Assembly (NCBI GenBank): GCA_017509985.1
Contig: JAFWOE010000004.1
Coordinates: forward strand, 63,100-127,099
DNA from: Lachnospiraceae bacterium
GTDB lineage: Bacteria > Bacillota > Clostridia > Lachnospirales > Lachnospiraceae
Direction: 5' to 3'
Length of the DNA stretch: 64,000 nt
Shown here: positions 1 to 9,130 of the stretch, one piece after another
Layout of the letters: every line of letters begins with the position of its first letter
Position numbering within the stretch: position 1 is the stretch's first letter
Position numbers and translations under genes: made by a program
Notes under the pieces: model-generated
The model's database searches: none
What the model was told of the DNA's origin: nothing
What the model saw: the letters and a program-made list of their open reading frames with translations, nothing else

Positions 1-119
1 GAAGATTCCGAGTTTCGGGGTGATACCGCGTTTTTTAAGCTCTTCCGCTTCTGCGCGGCAGGAATCGCTTACAGCCTGGGCAACAACTTTGCAATCAAGT
101 AAAACTGCACTCATTTGTG
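1..119 (-). CDS. folD: Bifunctional methylene-THF dehydrogenase/methenyl-THF cyclohydrolase FolD (N-terminal fragment; rest lies beyond the window start)
   Basis: Reverse-strand translation from the ATG at 119 gives MSAVLLDCKVVAQAVSDSCRAEAEELKKRGITPKLGIF, the typical FolD N-terminus. A GGAGGAAAT RBS lies 7 nt upstream. It sits directly downstream of fhs. Confidence 0.7.
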
Positions 120-137
120 AATTTCCTCCGTTATTCT

Positions 138-1805
138 TTAGAAAAGTCCTGAGATCTTGCCGGTCTCGTCAACATCGATACGCTCTGCGGACGGGGATTT
201 CGGAAGACCCGGCATGGTCATGATCTCGCCGGTAAGGGCTACGATGAAGCCTGCGCCTGCGGAAACCTTGATGTTTCTGACGGTAACCGTGAAATCCTGC
301 GGTGCGCCGAGGAGTGTCGGATCATCAGAGAAGGAGTACTGGGTCTTCGCCATGCAGACCGGAAGGTTGCCGAATCCGAGCTCTTCGAGTTTGGCTGCCT
401 GTTTCTTTGCAGCGGGAAGAAGCTGAAGGTGCTTAGCATGATAGATCTTATGAGCGATGTCATGGATCTTGCCTTCGATGTTCTGGTCAAGGTCATAGGC
501 GAACTTGAAATCATTCGGCTCTTCACAGAGTCTTACGACTTCTTCTGCAAGAGCTTTGCCGCCTTCGCCGCCTTTTGCCCATACTTCGGAAAGAGCAACG
601 TTAACGCCGAGTTCCTTACATTTTGCTTCTACGAGATCGAGTTCTGCCTTGGTGTCGGTCGGGAACGCATTGATCGCTACGCAGCAGGGAAGGCCGAAGA
701 CGTTCTTGATGTTTCCAACGTGCTGAAGGAGGTTCGGAAGACCTGCTTCAAGAGCTTCGAGGTTTTCGTTGTTGAGTTCTGCCTTCGGAACTCCGCCGTG
801 ATACTTGAGGGCACGAACGGTAGCAACGATAACAACAGCTGAAGGCTTAAGTCCTGCCAGACGGCACTTGATGTCGAGGAACTTCTCTGCGCCGAGGTCG
901 GAAGCAAAGCCGGCTTCTGTTACGGTGTAATCCGCGATCTTAAGAGCCATCTTTGTAGCTGTAACGGAGTTGCAGCCGTGAGCGATGTTTGCGAACGGTC
1001 CGCCATGGATGAATGCCGGAGTTCCTTCAAGAGTCTGTACAAGGTTGGGCTTTAAGGCATCCTTTAAGAGGGCTGCCATAGCGCCTTCTGCCTTGAGGTC
1101 ATGAGCGGTGATGGGCTCGCCTTTATAAGAGTAGCCGACGATGATACGGCCGAGTCTTGCTTTAAGATCTGCGATATCGGAAGCAAGACAGAAAACAGCC
1201 ATAACTTCAGAAGCAACCGTGATATCGAAGCCGTCTTCTCTCGGAACGCCCTGGGCTTTTCCGCCGAGACCGTTAACGATATTACGAAGCTGTCTGTCGT
1301 TCATATCAACCGCTCTCTTCCAGGTGATCTGCTTCGGATCGATTCCGAGAGCATTGCCCTGCTGAATGTGGTTGTCAAGCATGGCAGCAAGAAGGTTGTT
1401 CGCTGCGCCGATGGCATGGAAGTCGCCGGTGAAGTGAAGGTTGATATCTTCCATCGGAACGACCTGAGCGTATCCGCCGCCGGCAGCACCGCCCTTAACG
1501 CCGAATACCGGGCCGAGAGACGGCTCACGAAGGGCAACCATGGCGTTCTTGCCGATTTTGCGAAGACCGTCGGTAAGGCCTACGGATGTCGTGGTCTTGC
1601 CTTCGCCTGCAGGAGTCGGGGTGATCGCGGTAACAAGGATGAGCTTTCCGTCTGCCTTGTCGGCATTGTCCGTTAAGAAGGAATAGTCAACCTTTGCTTT
1701 GTAGCGGCCGTACTGCTCGAGATATTTCTCGTCGATACCTGCTTTTGCTGCGATTTCCATAATGGGGGCTATTGGTGTAGCCTGAGCGATTTCAATATCA
1801 GTCAT
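138..1805 (-). CDS. fhs: Formate--tetrahydrofolate ligase
   Basis: 555-aa ORF with full-length FTHFS signature (P-loop-like [16 protein letters not shown] motifs) over the whole length. Confidence 0.95.
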   Translation of the reverse strand: MTDIEIAQATPIAPIMEIAAKAGIDEKYLEQYGRYKAKVDYSFLTDNADKADGKLILVTAITPTPAGEGKTTTSVGLTDGLRKIGKNAMVALREPSLGPVFGVKGGAAGGGYAQVVPMEDINLHFTGDFHAIGAANNLLAAMLDNHIQQGNALGIDPKQITWKRAVDMNDRQLRNIVNGLGGKAQGVPREDGFDITVASEVMAVFCLASDIADLKARLGRIIVGYSYKGEPITAHDLKAEGAMAALLKDALKPNLVQTLEGTPAFIHGGPFANIAHGCNSVTATKMALKIADYTVTEAGFASDLGAEKFLDIKCRLAGLKPSAVVIVATVRALKYHGGVPKAELNNENLEALEAGLPNLLQHVGNIKNVFGLPCCVAINAFPTDTKAELDLVEAKCKELGVNVALSEVWAKGGEGGKALAEEVVRLCEEPNDFKFAYDLDQNIEGKIHDIAHKIYHAKHLQLLPAAKKQAAKLEELGFGNLPVCMAKTQYSFSDDPTLLGAPQDFTVTVRNIKVSAGAGFIVALTGEIMTMPGLPKSPSAERIDVDETGKISGLF

Positions 1806-2004
1806 CTTGTTCTAAATTCCTTTCTCTAAATTTGTCGTCGGACACATAGTTTTCTAATTTATATAATACATATAAGAAGGCTAAAAATCAATCATAAAGA
1901 GTGAATAAACAGGGCACCGCAAATTGTGCAAAAAGCGCGAAAACAGGAAAAAATACTGTCCGGCAGAGCCCTGTTCAACAGGCTTGCGGCCCAGCCTTAT
2001 CGGG

Positions 2005-2045
2005 ATTAAAAAGAAGCCCCCGGCGGCGGAACATAGTCTGCCGCT
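2005..2045 (-). terminator. Putative intrinsic terminator downstream of metF
   Basis: Imperfect GC-rich hairpin (cggcggcgg..gccgctg) with an A-run on the + strand, which reads as a U-run on the - strand transcript. It lies just past the metF stop. Confidence 0.35.
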
Positions 2046-2114
2046 GAGGAACTTCTTTTTACAGACGCGCTTCACTGACGCGCTTTTCCGCCGGTTTTTA
2101 AGCCGGAGATGTTG

Positions 2115-2996
2115 TTATACGATTCCTGCGAGTTTCAGGATATCCGGAACTTTGGATTCCCAGCCCATCGCCATGATGTGTACGCCCTGGCAGTAAGGTT
2201 TGCACTCTCTGATGATACGTGCGGAGATCTCTACACCGGTGATGCCGGCCTTGGTCTTCTCCTTGTCTGCCTTCAGCTCGTCAAACATGGACTCGGGGAT
2301 CGAGATACCTGCAACGTTGGCGTTCATGTAACGGCACATGCCTACGGATTTGGGAATAACGATACCCAGCTGTACCGGAACGCCGAACTGCTTTGCCTTC
2401 TCCATGAACTCGATGAATTTTTCCGGCTCGTAAACAGCCTGGGTCTGGAAGTACTCGGCGCCTGCGGCAACCTTGCGTTCCATCTTTGCAAGCTGAACGT
2501 CTACGGAATCGCTGCAGGGAGAAACAACTGCGCCCTTTGCGAATTTCGGCGGCTCGCCGACCAGCTCGTTGCCTGCGATGTCATGGCCTTCTTCAAGGCA
2601 TTTGATCGCATGCAGAAGCGATACGGAGTCGAGGTCGAAGACCGGTTTTGCACCCGGATGGTCACCGAGTTTGGTGTGGTCGCCGGTAAGGCAGAGAACG
2701 TTGTCGATACCGAACATCGCTGCGCTTAAAAGATCCGACTCCAGGGCCATACGGTTTCTGTCGCGGCAGGTCATCTGGAAGATCGGGTTCATGCCGTTGT
2801 CCTTAAGGACTTTGCAGGTGGCCAGGGAACCCAGACGCATAACGGATGACTGGTTGTCTGTTACGTTGACGGCGGTAACATCGGTAAGATAAGTCTTGGC
2901 TTCTTCTACCAGATGATCGATATTTGTTCCTTTGGGCGGCCCTACTTCCGCAGAAATAACAAACTCACCCTTATCGAATAATTCAGTAATTCTCAT
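2115..2996 (-). CDS. metF: 5,10-methylenetetrahydrofolate reductase catalytic subunit MetF
   Basis: 293-aa MTHFR TIM-barrel protein (…VTDNQ…, CLTGDH motifs). Adjacent to metV, as in acetogen metVF operons. Confidence 0.9.
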   Translation of the reverse strand: MRITELFDKGEFVISAEVGPPKGTNIDHLVEEAKTYLTDVTAVNVTDNQSSVMRLGSLATCKVLKDNGMNPIFQMTCRDRNRMALESDLLSAAMFGIDNVLCLTGDHTKLGDHPGAKPVFDLDSVSLLHAIKCLEEGHDIAGNELVGEPPKFAKGAVVSPCSDSVDVQLAKMERKVAAGAEYFQTQAVYEPEKFIEFMEKAKQFGVPVQLGIVIPKSVGMCRYMNANVAGISIPESMFDELKADKEKTKAGITGVEISARIIRECKPYCQGVHIMAMGWESKVPDILKLAGIV

Positions 2997-3018
2997 ATTT
3001 CAATGCTCCTCTTTATCA

Positions 3019-3663
3019 TTAATTTCCTTCGGTTTCCGGTTTCTTAGCTGTTTCTTTATCCGTTGAGTAATCGCGGATCTGTACCGGGCAGTTCAGCACG
3101 TCCAGACGGCCGACCATAGCCAGTCTTCTGTAGATGCGTTCCCATCCGCATTCCATATCCGGATCCACTTCGCAGTTGCCGTTTTTGGTGCCGCCGCACT
3201 GTCCGTTCAGCAGGCTCTTCGAGCACGCAGTGATCGGGCAGATGCCGCCGGTCAGGTTCAGATAGCATTCCCCGCATTGCCCGCAGTCGACCTGAAGCGG
3301 CGTGACGCCCTGGAAACCGGGCATGGGAATGGTATCGCATGCGGCAAATACAGCTTTGTCTTCCAGATAATCCGATATGGTCTGAACGCCGACTCCGCAG
3401 GAGAAAACAAGGATCACTTCCGCATCGGCAATGGCCTTTTCATATTTCTTCAGGCGAAGCTTCATGTTGTCGGGATTGCAGATGTAATCGGTCGTAATGA
3501 CTCCTGTTACGTTTCCGCCTTCGGCGAGTTCCTTCTGGAAGGCTTTCGCTTCTTCTTCCGGAAAATGCACTTCCATGCATCCCTGACAGTTAATGATAAA
3601 TACTTTTTTATTATCGACCAGAGAAAGGATGGTCTCTTTGTCTTTCATTTGTGTGATCAGCAT
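3019..3663 (-). CDS. metV: MTHFR small zinc-ribbon subunit MetV (methylene-THF reductase C-terminal-like protein)
   Basis: 214-aa Cys-rich protein (CQGC…, CGQCGECYLNLTGGICP…CSKSL…NGQCGG…) typical of MetV. AAGGGGGA RBS upstream. 1-nt spacing to the upstream rnfC2-like gene. Confidence 0.85.
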   Translation of the reverse strand: MLITQMKDKETILSLVDNKKVFIINCQGCMEVHFPEEEAKAFQKELAEGGNVTGVITTDYICNPDNMKLRLKKYEKAIADAEVILVFSCGVGVQTISDYLEDKAVFAACDTIPMPGFQGVTPLQVDCGQCGECYLNLTGGICPITACSKSLLNGQCGGTKNGNCEVDPDMECGWERIYRRLAMVGRLDVLNCPVQIRDYSTDKETAKKPETEGN

Positions 3664-3664
3664 A

Positions 3665-5650
3665 TTACTTCATCCCCCTTACCGCCGCTTTTCCGGCTTT
3701 GATCTTTGTAACCAGAGGGATCTTGGAAGAGCAGATGTATTCACAGCATCTGCATTCGATACAATCCATAACGTTGTATTCTTTCATACCCATCCAGTTC
3801 TCTCCGTCTGCAAACTTGGAGAAATACAGCGGTGACAGTTCCATGGGGCAGACGTCCGCGCAGCGGCCGCACTTGATGCAGGGCTGCTCGATCGTCTCGT
3901 CGGTACCGATGGCAATGATACCGTTGGAACCTTTGATGATCGGTATATCGAGATCGCTCTGAACGAAGCCCATCATCGGGCCGCCTGCCTTGATCATTAC
4001 GTCGTCATCCGTAAAGCCGCCGCAGTAGTCGATCAGTTCTTTTACGCTGGTACCGATCTTAACGATAAAGTTGCCGGGATTCTTGATTTTTTCGCCGGTG
4101 ATCGTTACGACACGCTCCACCAGAGGCATGCCGGTCCGGATCGCGTCCGAGATCGCTTTTACCGTGCTGACGTTGCTGACGACAACCCCTACATCTGCGG
4201 GAAGCCCGCCGCTCGGAACCTTACGGTTCATAACGCGCTTGATGAGCATTTTCTCTGCGCCCTGCGGATATTTTGTCCGTACGGTAACTACTTCGATGTT
4301 TTCGTCGCCGGCAGTCTTTTCGGTAAGCAGTTCGATGGCATCCGGTTTGTTGTCTTCAATGGCGATGATGCCTTTTTCTGCGCCGACGGCTTTGAGTACG
4401 GCCTTGAGACCATAGATCACGTCATCCGGATACTCCAGAAGGACTCTGTGGTCTGCAGTAAGGTACGGTTCGCATTCGCAGCCGTTCAGAAGGATGGTAT
4501 CCACCGGCTTTGCGGGTTTTAACTTGACGGATGTCGGGAAGCCGGCGCCGCCCATTCCGACGATACCGTTTTCCTGTACGATCTCCACGATCTCTTCCGG
4601 TGTAAGCTCTTCGAGAGCCTTTGCCGGCTTAACGGTTTCGGCGGGAGTGTCTTTGCCGTCGGACTTGATGACAACGGAAAGGACTTCGCCGTTTGTGGGA
4701 TGTTTGCGGGGTTCGATCGCGATAACGGTTCCGCTTACGCTGGAGTGAACGTTTCCGCTGATGAAGCCGCCTGCCTCACCGATCTTCTGGCCGACTTTGA
4801 CTTCATCGCCGACGGCAACGATCGGGTTCGCAGGAGCGCCTGCATGCTGGGAGAGCGGGATCACAAGGGTCTCGGGCTCCGGGAACTTCTGCAGCGCAAG
4901 GCCTTCGCTGTACTCTTTGTGCTCAAGAGGATGAATGCCGCCGTAATAGCCGTCCAGCCTCTTGTCGCGGATGGATTTAACATAATCGCTGATGACCTTG
5001 AAGTTGATCTTGGAATAATCGCGTACCTGCACAGGCTGGTTCATGAATTCCGCCAGTCTGCCTTGTTTCTCGAGTCTCTTGTGGATCTTCTCCCATGCGC
5101 AGTCATGGTTGCTGTCGACTTCGCATTTTCCGTTCTTGGCACCGCCGCACTGGCCGTTGACAAGACTCTTGGAGCAGTCAACGATCGGGCAGATACCGCC
5201 GGTGAGGTTCAGATAGCACTGACCGCAGGCGTCGCAGGCCTTTTCTGTCAGAGCCATGCCGTGATGACCTCTGTAGTTGAGGGAGTTCGCGGCGGCCACT
5301 ACCGGTTTGCCAAGAATGTCGGCCATGGTCTGAATGCCGAGTCCGCAGGAAATGACGACGACTTCACCGGCGTCTTCCAGGTCCAGATCCATGAGCTTTC
5401 TTTCTGTCTGGATCCTGTTGCAGAGGAAATCTACTTTGGCTTCACCGCAGATGGTCTTGCCCTGTTCGGCTGCAAGCGCCTTGAACTCCTCGAGATCCGG
5501 CTCATCGACTGTTTCAAACTCTTTGAAACACTTGTTGCAGGCAACAATGAAGAGATTATCCTTATCAGACAATAACGATATCAGTTCATCGTTACTCTTC
5601 AGTTTGTACTTGGTATAATTCTCCAACTGTACACCTTCCTTTTTGCTCAT
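3665..5650 (-). CDS. RnfC2-like NADH-binding Fe-S flavoprotein with N-terminal MetV-like domain (putative electron-input subunit of MetVF-RnfC2 MTHFR)
   Basis: 661 aa. Residues ~1-230 are paralogous to MetV (CDACGQCYLNLTGGICPIVDCSKSLVNGQCGG…). Residues ~240-660 are RnfC-like: SLBB/NADH-binding motif GMGGAGFPTSVK, and two 4Fe-4S motifs CIKCGRCADVCP and CIECRCCEYIC. Confidence 0.85.
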   Translation of the reverse strand: MSKKEGVQLENYTKYKLKSNDELISLLSDKDNLFIVACNKCFKEFETVDEPDLEEFKALAAEQGKTICGEAKVDFLCNRIQTERKLMDLDLEDAGEVVVISCGLGIQTMADILGKPVVAAANSLNYRGHHGMALTEKACDACGQCYLNLTGGICPIVDCSKSLVNGQCGGAKNGKCEVDSNHDCAWEKIHKRLEKQGRLAEFMNQPVQVRDYSKINFKVISDYVKSIRDKRLDGYYGGIHPLEHKEYSEGLALQKFPEPETLVIPLSQHAGAPANPIVAVGDEVKVGQKIGEAGGFISGNVHSSVSGTVIAIEPRKHPTNGEVLSVVIKSDGKDTPAETVKPAKALEELTPEEIVEIVQENGIVGMGGAGFPTSVKLKPAKPVDTILLNGCECEPYLTADHRVLLEYPDDVIYGLKAVLKAVGAEKGIIAIEDNKPDAIELLTEKTAGDENIEVVTVRTKYPQGAEKMLIKRVMNRKVPSGGLPADVGVVVSNVSTVKAISDAIRTGMPLVERVVTITGEKIKNPGNFIVKIGTSVKELIDYCGGFTDDDVMIKAGGPMMGFVQSDLDIPIIKGSNGIIAIGTDETIEQPCIKCGRCADVCPMELSPLYFSKFADGENWMGMKEYNVMDCIECRCCEYICSSKIPLVTKIKAGKAAVRGMK

Positions 5651-5727
5651 AATACTAATCCGCAGGTTAAAAAAAATATTATCATTATATTATATTATTT
5701 TCCTATGGAAATCAATATGGCGAAAGT

Positions 5728-5756
5728 ATAATAAACCGCACTTTCGGTTTGTGCAA
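5728..5756 (-). promoter_or_regulatory. Putative sigma-A promoter for the rnfC2-metV-metF(-fhs-folD) operon
   Basis: On the - strand: TTGCAC, 17 nt, TATTAT. The spacer contains the palindrome aaaccg-n6-cggttt. Confidence 0.4.
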
Positions 5757-5763
5757 AACGGTA

Positions 5764-5792
5764 TTGACAAGCGGAAAAGGCGGTGTTATAGT
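5764..5792 (+). promoter_or_regulatory. Putative sigma-A promoter of the Rrf2-nifS-nifU-mnmA operon
   Basis: TTGACA (5764-5769), 17 nt, TATAGT (5787-5792). It lies 48 nt upstream of the Rrf2 start. Confidence 0.45.
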
Positions 5793-5840
5793 CTCTTTGC
5801 AAAAACCCAAGTAAAACACTCGGATTTATGGAGGCAAACA

Positions 5841-6308
5841 ATGAAACTATCCACAAAGGGACGCTACGGACTCCGCGCGCTGATCGATCTGGCAGCGCAT
5901 GAAGGCAGGGACACGGTTTCCATCGCCAGTATTTCATCCCGGCAGAACATCTCCGAAGCCTACCTGGAGCAGCTGATGCGGTCTCTTCGAAAAGCGGGGC
6001 TGATCGAGAGCGTCCGGGGCGCCGGAGGCGGATACCGGCTGGCAAAAAACGCGGAAGAGATCTCGGTCGGCGATGCTTTAAGGGCACTGGAAGGAGATCT
6101 GAAAGCGGTGAACTGCCCGGCTTTCTACAGTGACGAAGGCTGCGCCGGAGCGGACCGCTGTGTGACAAAAACCGTATGGAAGCGCGTCAACGACGCGATC
6201 GAACAGACCGTCGATTCCATCATGATCAGTGAACTGGCGGCAGACTGCGCCGGGCTTGAAGAAAACCGGGAACTGGACCGGGCCTGCGCATCGGCGGGAA
6301 GCCGGTAA
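5841..6308 (+). CDS. Rrf2-family transcriptional regulator (IscR/CymR-like)
   Basis: MKLSTKGRYGLRALIDLA… HTH of the Rrf2 family. Three Cys (CPAFYSDEGCAGADRC) for a possible Fe-S cluster. Start chosen at the internal ATG 5841 with GGAGG RBS (the ORF-track 5643 start is an over-extension). Confidence 0.85.
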   Translation: MKLSTKGRYGLRALIDLAAHEGRDTVSIASISSRQNISEAYLEQLMRSLRKAGLIESVRGAGGGYRLAKNAEEISVGDALRALEGDLKAVNCPAFYSDEGCAGADRCVTKTVWKRVNDAIEQTVDSIMISELAADCAGLEENRELDRACASAGSR

Positions 6309-6374
6309 AGAATTGCCGGAACGGCGGGAAATAATAAAAGAAATAACTGCAGTACAGGAAAAAAGGAGCAGAAA

Positions 6375-7568
6375 ATGATTTATTTGGATAACGCGGCAAC
6401 CACGAAGACAGCACCGGAAGTCGTAGAAGCGATGCTTCCGTATTTTACGGAAAATTACGGCAACGCGTCCAGCATCTACGGAATCGGCGCAGAAAGCAAA
6501 AAGGCGATCACCGAAGCCCGGGAAAAGGCGGCAAAAGTCATAGGGGCGCGGCCGGATGATATCTATTTTACAGCCGGCGGATCGGAATCGGACAACTGGG
6601 CGCTGAAAGCGACGTTTGAAGCTTTTTCCGGAAAGGGAAACCATATCATTACAACAAAGATCGAGCATCACGCGATCCTTCACACCTGCGAATATCTCGA
6701 AAAATACCGCGGGGCCAGGATCACATACCTGGACGTTGATGAAAACGGCCTTGTAGATTTGGAACAGCTCAAGGCGGCGATCACTCCGGAGACGATCCTG
6801 ATCTCCGTCATGTTCGCAAACAATGAAATAGGTACGATCCAGCCGATTAAAGAAATCGGAACGATCGCGGAAGAACACGGAGTATTGTTCCATACCGACG
6901 CGGTCCAGGCTTTCGGCCAGGTCCCGATCGACGTTGACGAAATGAATATCGACATGCTTTCCATGAGCGCGCATAAGATCAACGGCCCCAAGGGCATCGG
7001 CTTCCTTTACATCCGTAAAGGCGTAAAGATCCGCTCCTTTATCCACGGAGGGGCGCAGGAAAGAAAACGCCGTGCCGGCACGGAAAACGTTCCCGGCATC
7101 GTCGGCCTCGGAGCAGCGGCGGAACGCGCGGCGGCGACAATGAATGAGCGTGCCGAAAAAGAGATCCGTATCCGCGATCATATGATCAAACGCCTCACGG
7201 AGGAGATTCCGCAGTGCCGGCTCAACGGCGATCCGGTAAAAAGACTGCCGAACAACGTAAATGTCAGCCTTGAATTCATCGAAGGCGAATCGCTTCTGAT
7301 CATGCTGGACATGAAAGGCATCTGTGCATCGTCGGGGTCTGCCTGCACGTCGGGTTCGCTGGATCCTTCGCATGTTCTGCTGGCGATCGGACTTCCTCAC
7401 GAGATCGCCCACGGATCGCTGCGGCTTACGATTTCCGGGGAGACCTCGCAGGAAGATGCGGATACGGCGGTTGACGCGGTAAAGGAAATTGTAACGCAGC
7501 TTCGCGGCATGAGCCCTCTTTATGAGGATTTTGCAGCAGGGAAGAGAAGATCCCTGATCGACGGCTGA
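6375..7568 (+). CDS. nifS: Cysteine desulfurase (NifS/IscS type, PLP-dependent)
   Basis: 397 aa class-V aminotransferase with SAHKINGPKG PLP-lysine motif and active-site SSGSACTS loop. Confidence 0.9.
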   Translation: MIYLDNAATTKTAPEVVEAMLPYFTENYGNASSIYGIGAESKKAITEAREKAAKVIGARPDDIYFTAGGSESDNWALKATFEAFSGKGNHIITTKIEHHAILHTCEYLEKYRGARITYLDVDENGLVDLEQLKAAITPETILISVMFANNEIGTIQPIKEIGTIAEEHGVLFHTDAVQAFGQVPIDVDEMNIDMLSMSAHKINGPKGIGFLYIRKGVKIRSFIHGGAQERKRRAGTENVPGIVGLGAAAERAAATMNERAEKEIRIRDHMIKRLTEEIPQCRLNGDPVKRLPNNVNVSLEFIEGESLLIMLDMKGICASSGSACTSGSLDPSHVLLAIGLPHEIAHGSLRLTISGETSQEDADTAVDAVKEIVTQLRGMSPLYEDFAAGKRRSLIDG

Positions 7569-7607
7569 GACTTTAATTGAATCGTTTTAATATACAGGAG
7601 AAAACAA

Positions 7608-8045
7608 ATGTACAGTGAAAAAGTAATGGACCATTTTCAGAATCCGCGCAACGTGGGAGAGATCGAAGACGCCAGCGGCGTCGGCACGGTCGGCAACGCA
7701 AAATGCGGCGATATTATGAGAATGTATCTCGACATCGATGAAAACGGCGTGATCCGGGACTGCAAATTCAAGACCTTCGGCTGCGGCGCGGCTGTTGCAA
7801 CTTCCAGCATGGCCACGGAACTCGTGAAGGGAAAGACCATACAGGAGGCGCTTACCGTAACGAATAAGGCGGTCATGGAGGCACTTGACGGACTGCCGCC
7901 GGTAAAGGTACACTGTTCTTTACTGGCAGAAGAAGCTATTCACGCTGCGCTCTGGGATTACGCGCAGAAGAACGGGATCGAGATCGAAGGACTTTCCAGA
8001 CCGAAGAGCGATATCAGCGAAGGCGAGGAAGAAGAGGACTATTAA
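7608..8045 (+). CDS. nifU: Fe-S cluster assembly scaffold NifU/IscU
   Basis: 145 aa. Conserved Cys of IscU (GNAKCGD…, FGCGAAVA…, HCS). Confidence 0.9.
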   Translation: MYSEKVMDHFQNPRNVGEIEDASGVGTVGNAKCGDIMRMYLDIDENGVIRDCKFKTFGCGAAVATSSMATELVKGKTIQEALTVTNKAVMEALDGLPPVKVHCSLLAEEAIHAALWDYAQKNGIEIEGLSRPKSDISEGEEEEDY

Positions 8046-8053
8046 ATACTAAT

Positions 8054-9130
8054 ATGGCAAAAACAGTAGTGGTGGGGATGTCCGGAGGAGTGGATTCCTC
8101 CGTGGCAGCCCTGCTTCTTTGTGAACAGGGATATAACGTCATCGGTGTCACGATGCAGATCTGGCAGGATGAAGCGGAAGAGGTGCTGGAGTCCGAAGGA
8201 GGCTGCTGCGGCTGGTCGGCCGTGGAAGACGCAAGGAAAGTCGCCGCGAAACTCGGCATCCCTTATTATGTCATGAATTTTAAGGATGTCTTCCGGGAGA
8301 AGGTCATCGATTATTTTGTCGAAGAATACAGGGCGGCGCGCACGCCCAACCCGTGTATTGCCTGCAACCGATATGTGAAGTGGGAGGCGCTGTTAAGGCG
8401 CAGCCTGGATATCGGGGCCGACATGATCGCGACCGGACATTATGCGGATATCCTGCGTACGGAAGACGGGCGATATGCCGTATGCCGGTCCGGGGCAGGA
8501 GAAAAAGACCAGACATATGCGTTGTATAACCTGACCCAGGAGCAGCTTTCCCGCACGGTCTTCCCTCTGGCAAAGCTTTCCAAGCCCGAAGTCCGTTCGC
8601 TGGCGAAAGAGGCCGGGCTTCCGGTCGCGGAAAAGCACGACAGCCAGGAGATCTGTTTCGTTCCGGATAAGGATTATGCGGGATTTATCGAAAGATATAC
8701 AGGGGAAAGTGCCGTTCCTGGAAATTATGTAAACCAAAATGGCGAAATCCTCGGACGTCACAGGGGACTGATCCACTATACGGTCGGACAGAGGAGGGGC
8801 CTGGGCCTTCCGATGGGCAGAAGAGTTTTTGTGTCGGAACTGCGGCCGGAAACGAACGAAGTCGTGATCGCGGAAGGGAACGAAGTCTTTTCAAAAGAGC
8901 TGAAGGCCGGAAAACTGACCTTTATGGGCACCGCGGATATCTCCGGGCAGGGCGAACGTTTTATCGGGAAGATCCGCTACGGCCACAAGGGAGCGCCCTG
9001 CACCGCATACCGGACCGGCAGCGATGAACTGACGGTCGTTTTTGACGAAGAAGTGAGGGCGGTCACAAAAGGCCAGGCTCTTGTACTATATAAGGATAAT
9101 TACATCGCGGCAGGAGGTACGATCCGATGA
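8054..9130 (+). CDS. mnmA: tRNA-specific 2-thiouridylase MnmA
   Basis: 358 aa. PP-loop SGGVDSS, catalytic Cys motifs. Follows nifS-nifU as in Firmicutes. Confidence 0.9.
   Translation: MAKTVVVGMSGGVDSSVAALLLCEQGYNVIGVTMQIWQDEAEEVLESEGGCCGWSAVEDARKVAAKLGIPYYVMNFKDVFREKVIDYFVEEYRAARTPNPCIACNRYVKWEALLRRSLDIGADMIATGHYADILRTEDGRYAVCRSGAGEKDQTYALYNLTQEQLSRTVFPLAKLSKPEVRSLAKEAGLPVAEKHDSQEICFVPDKDYAGFIERYTGESAVPGNYVNQNGEILGRHRGLIHYTVGQRRGLGLPMGRRVFVSELRPETNEVVIAEGNEVFSKELKAGKLTFMGTADISGQGERFIGKIRYGHKGAPCTAYRTGSDELTVVFDEEVRAVTKGQALVLYKDNYIAAGGTIR

Noticed and set aside
20-223. 67-aa plus-strand ORF at window start
   Set aside because: It overlaps the folD N-terminus and fhs C-terminus on the opposite strand. 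No RBS.
5643-5840. 5' extension of the Rrf2 ORF (ORF-track start at 5643, 221 aa)
   Set aside because: The extension runs through the AT-rich divergent promoter region and has no RBS. The internal ATG at 5841 has a GGAGG RBS and gives a canonical Rrf2 N-terminus.
6078-7412. 444-aa ORF on the minus strand
   Set aside because: It is antisense to the well-supported nifS gene. Arg/Cys-rich composition is typical of spurious antisense ORFs in GC-rich DNA.
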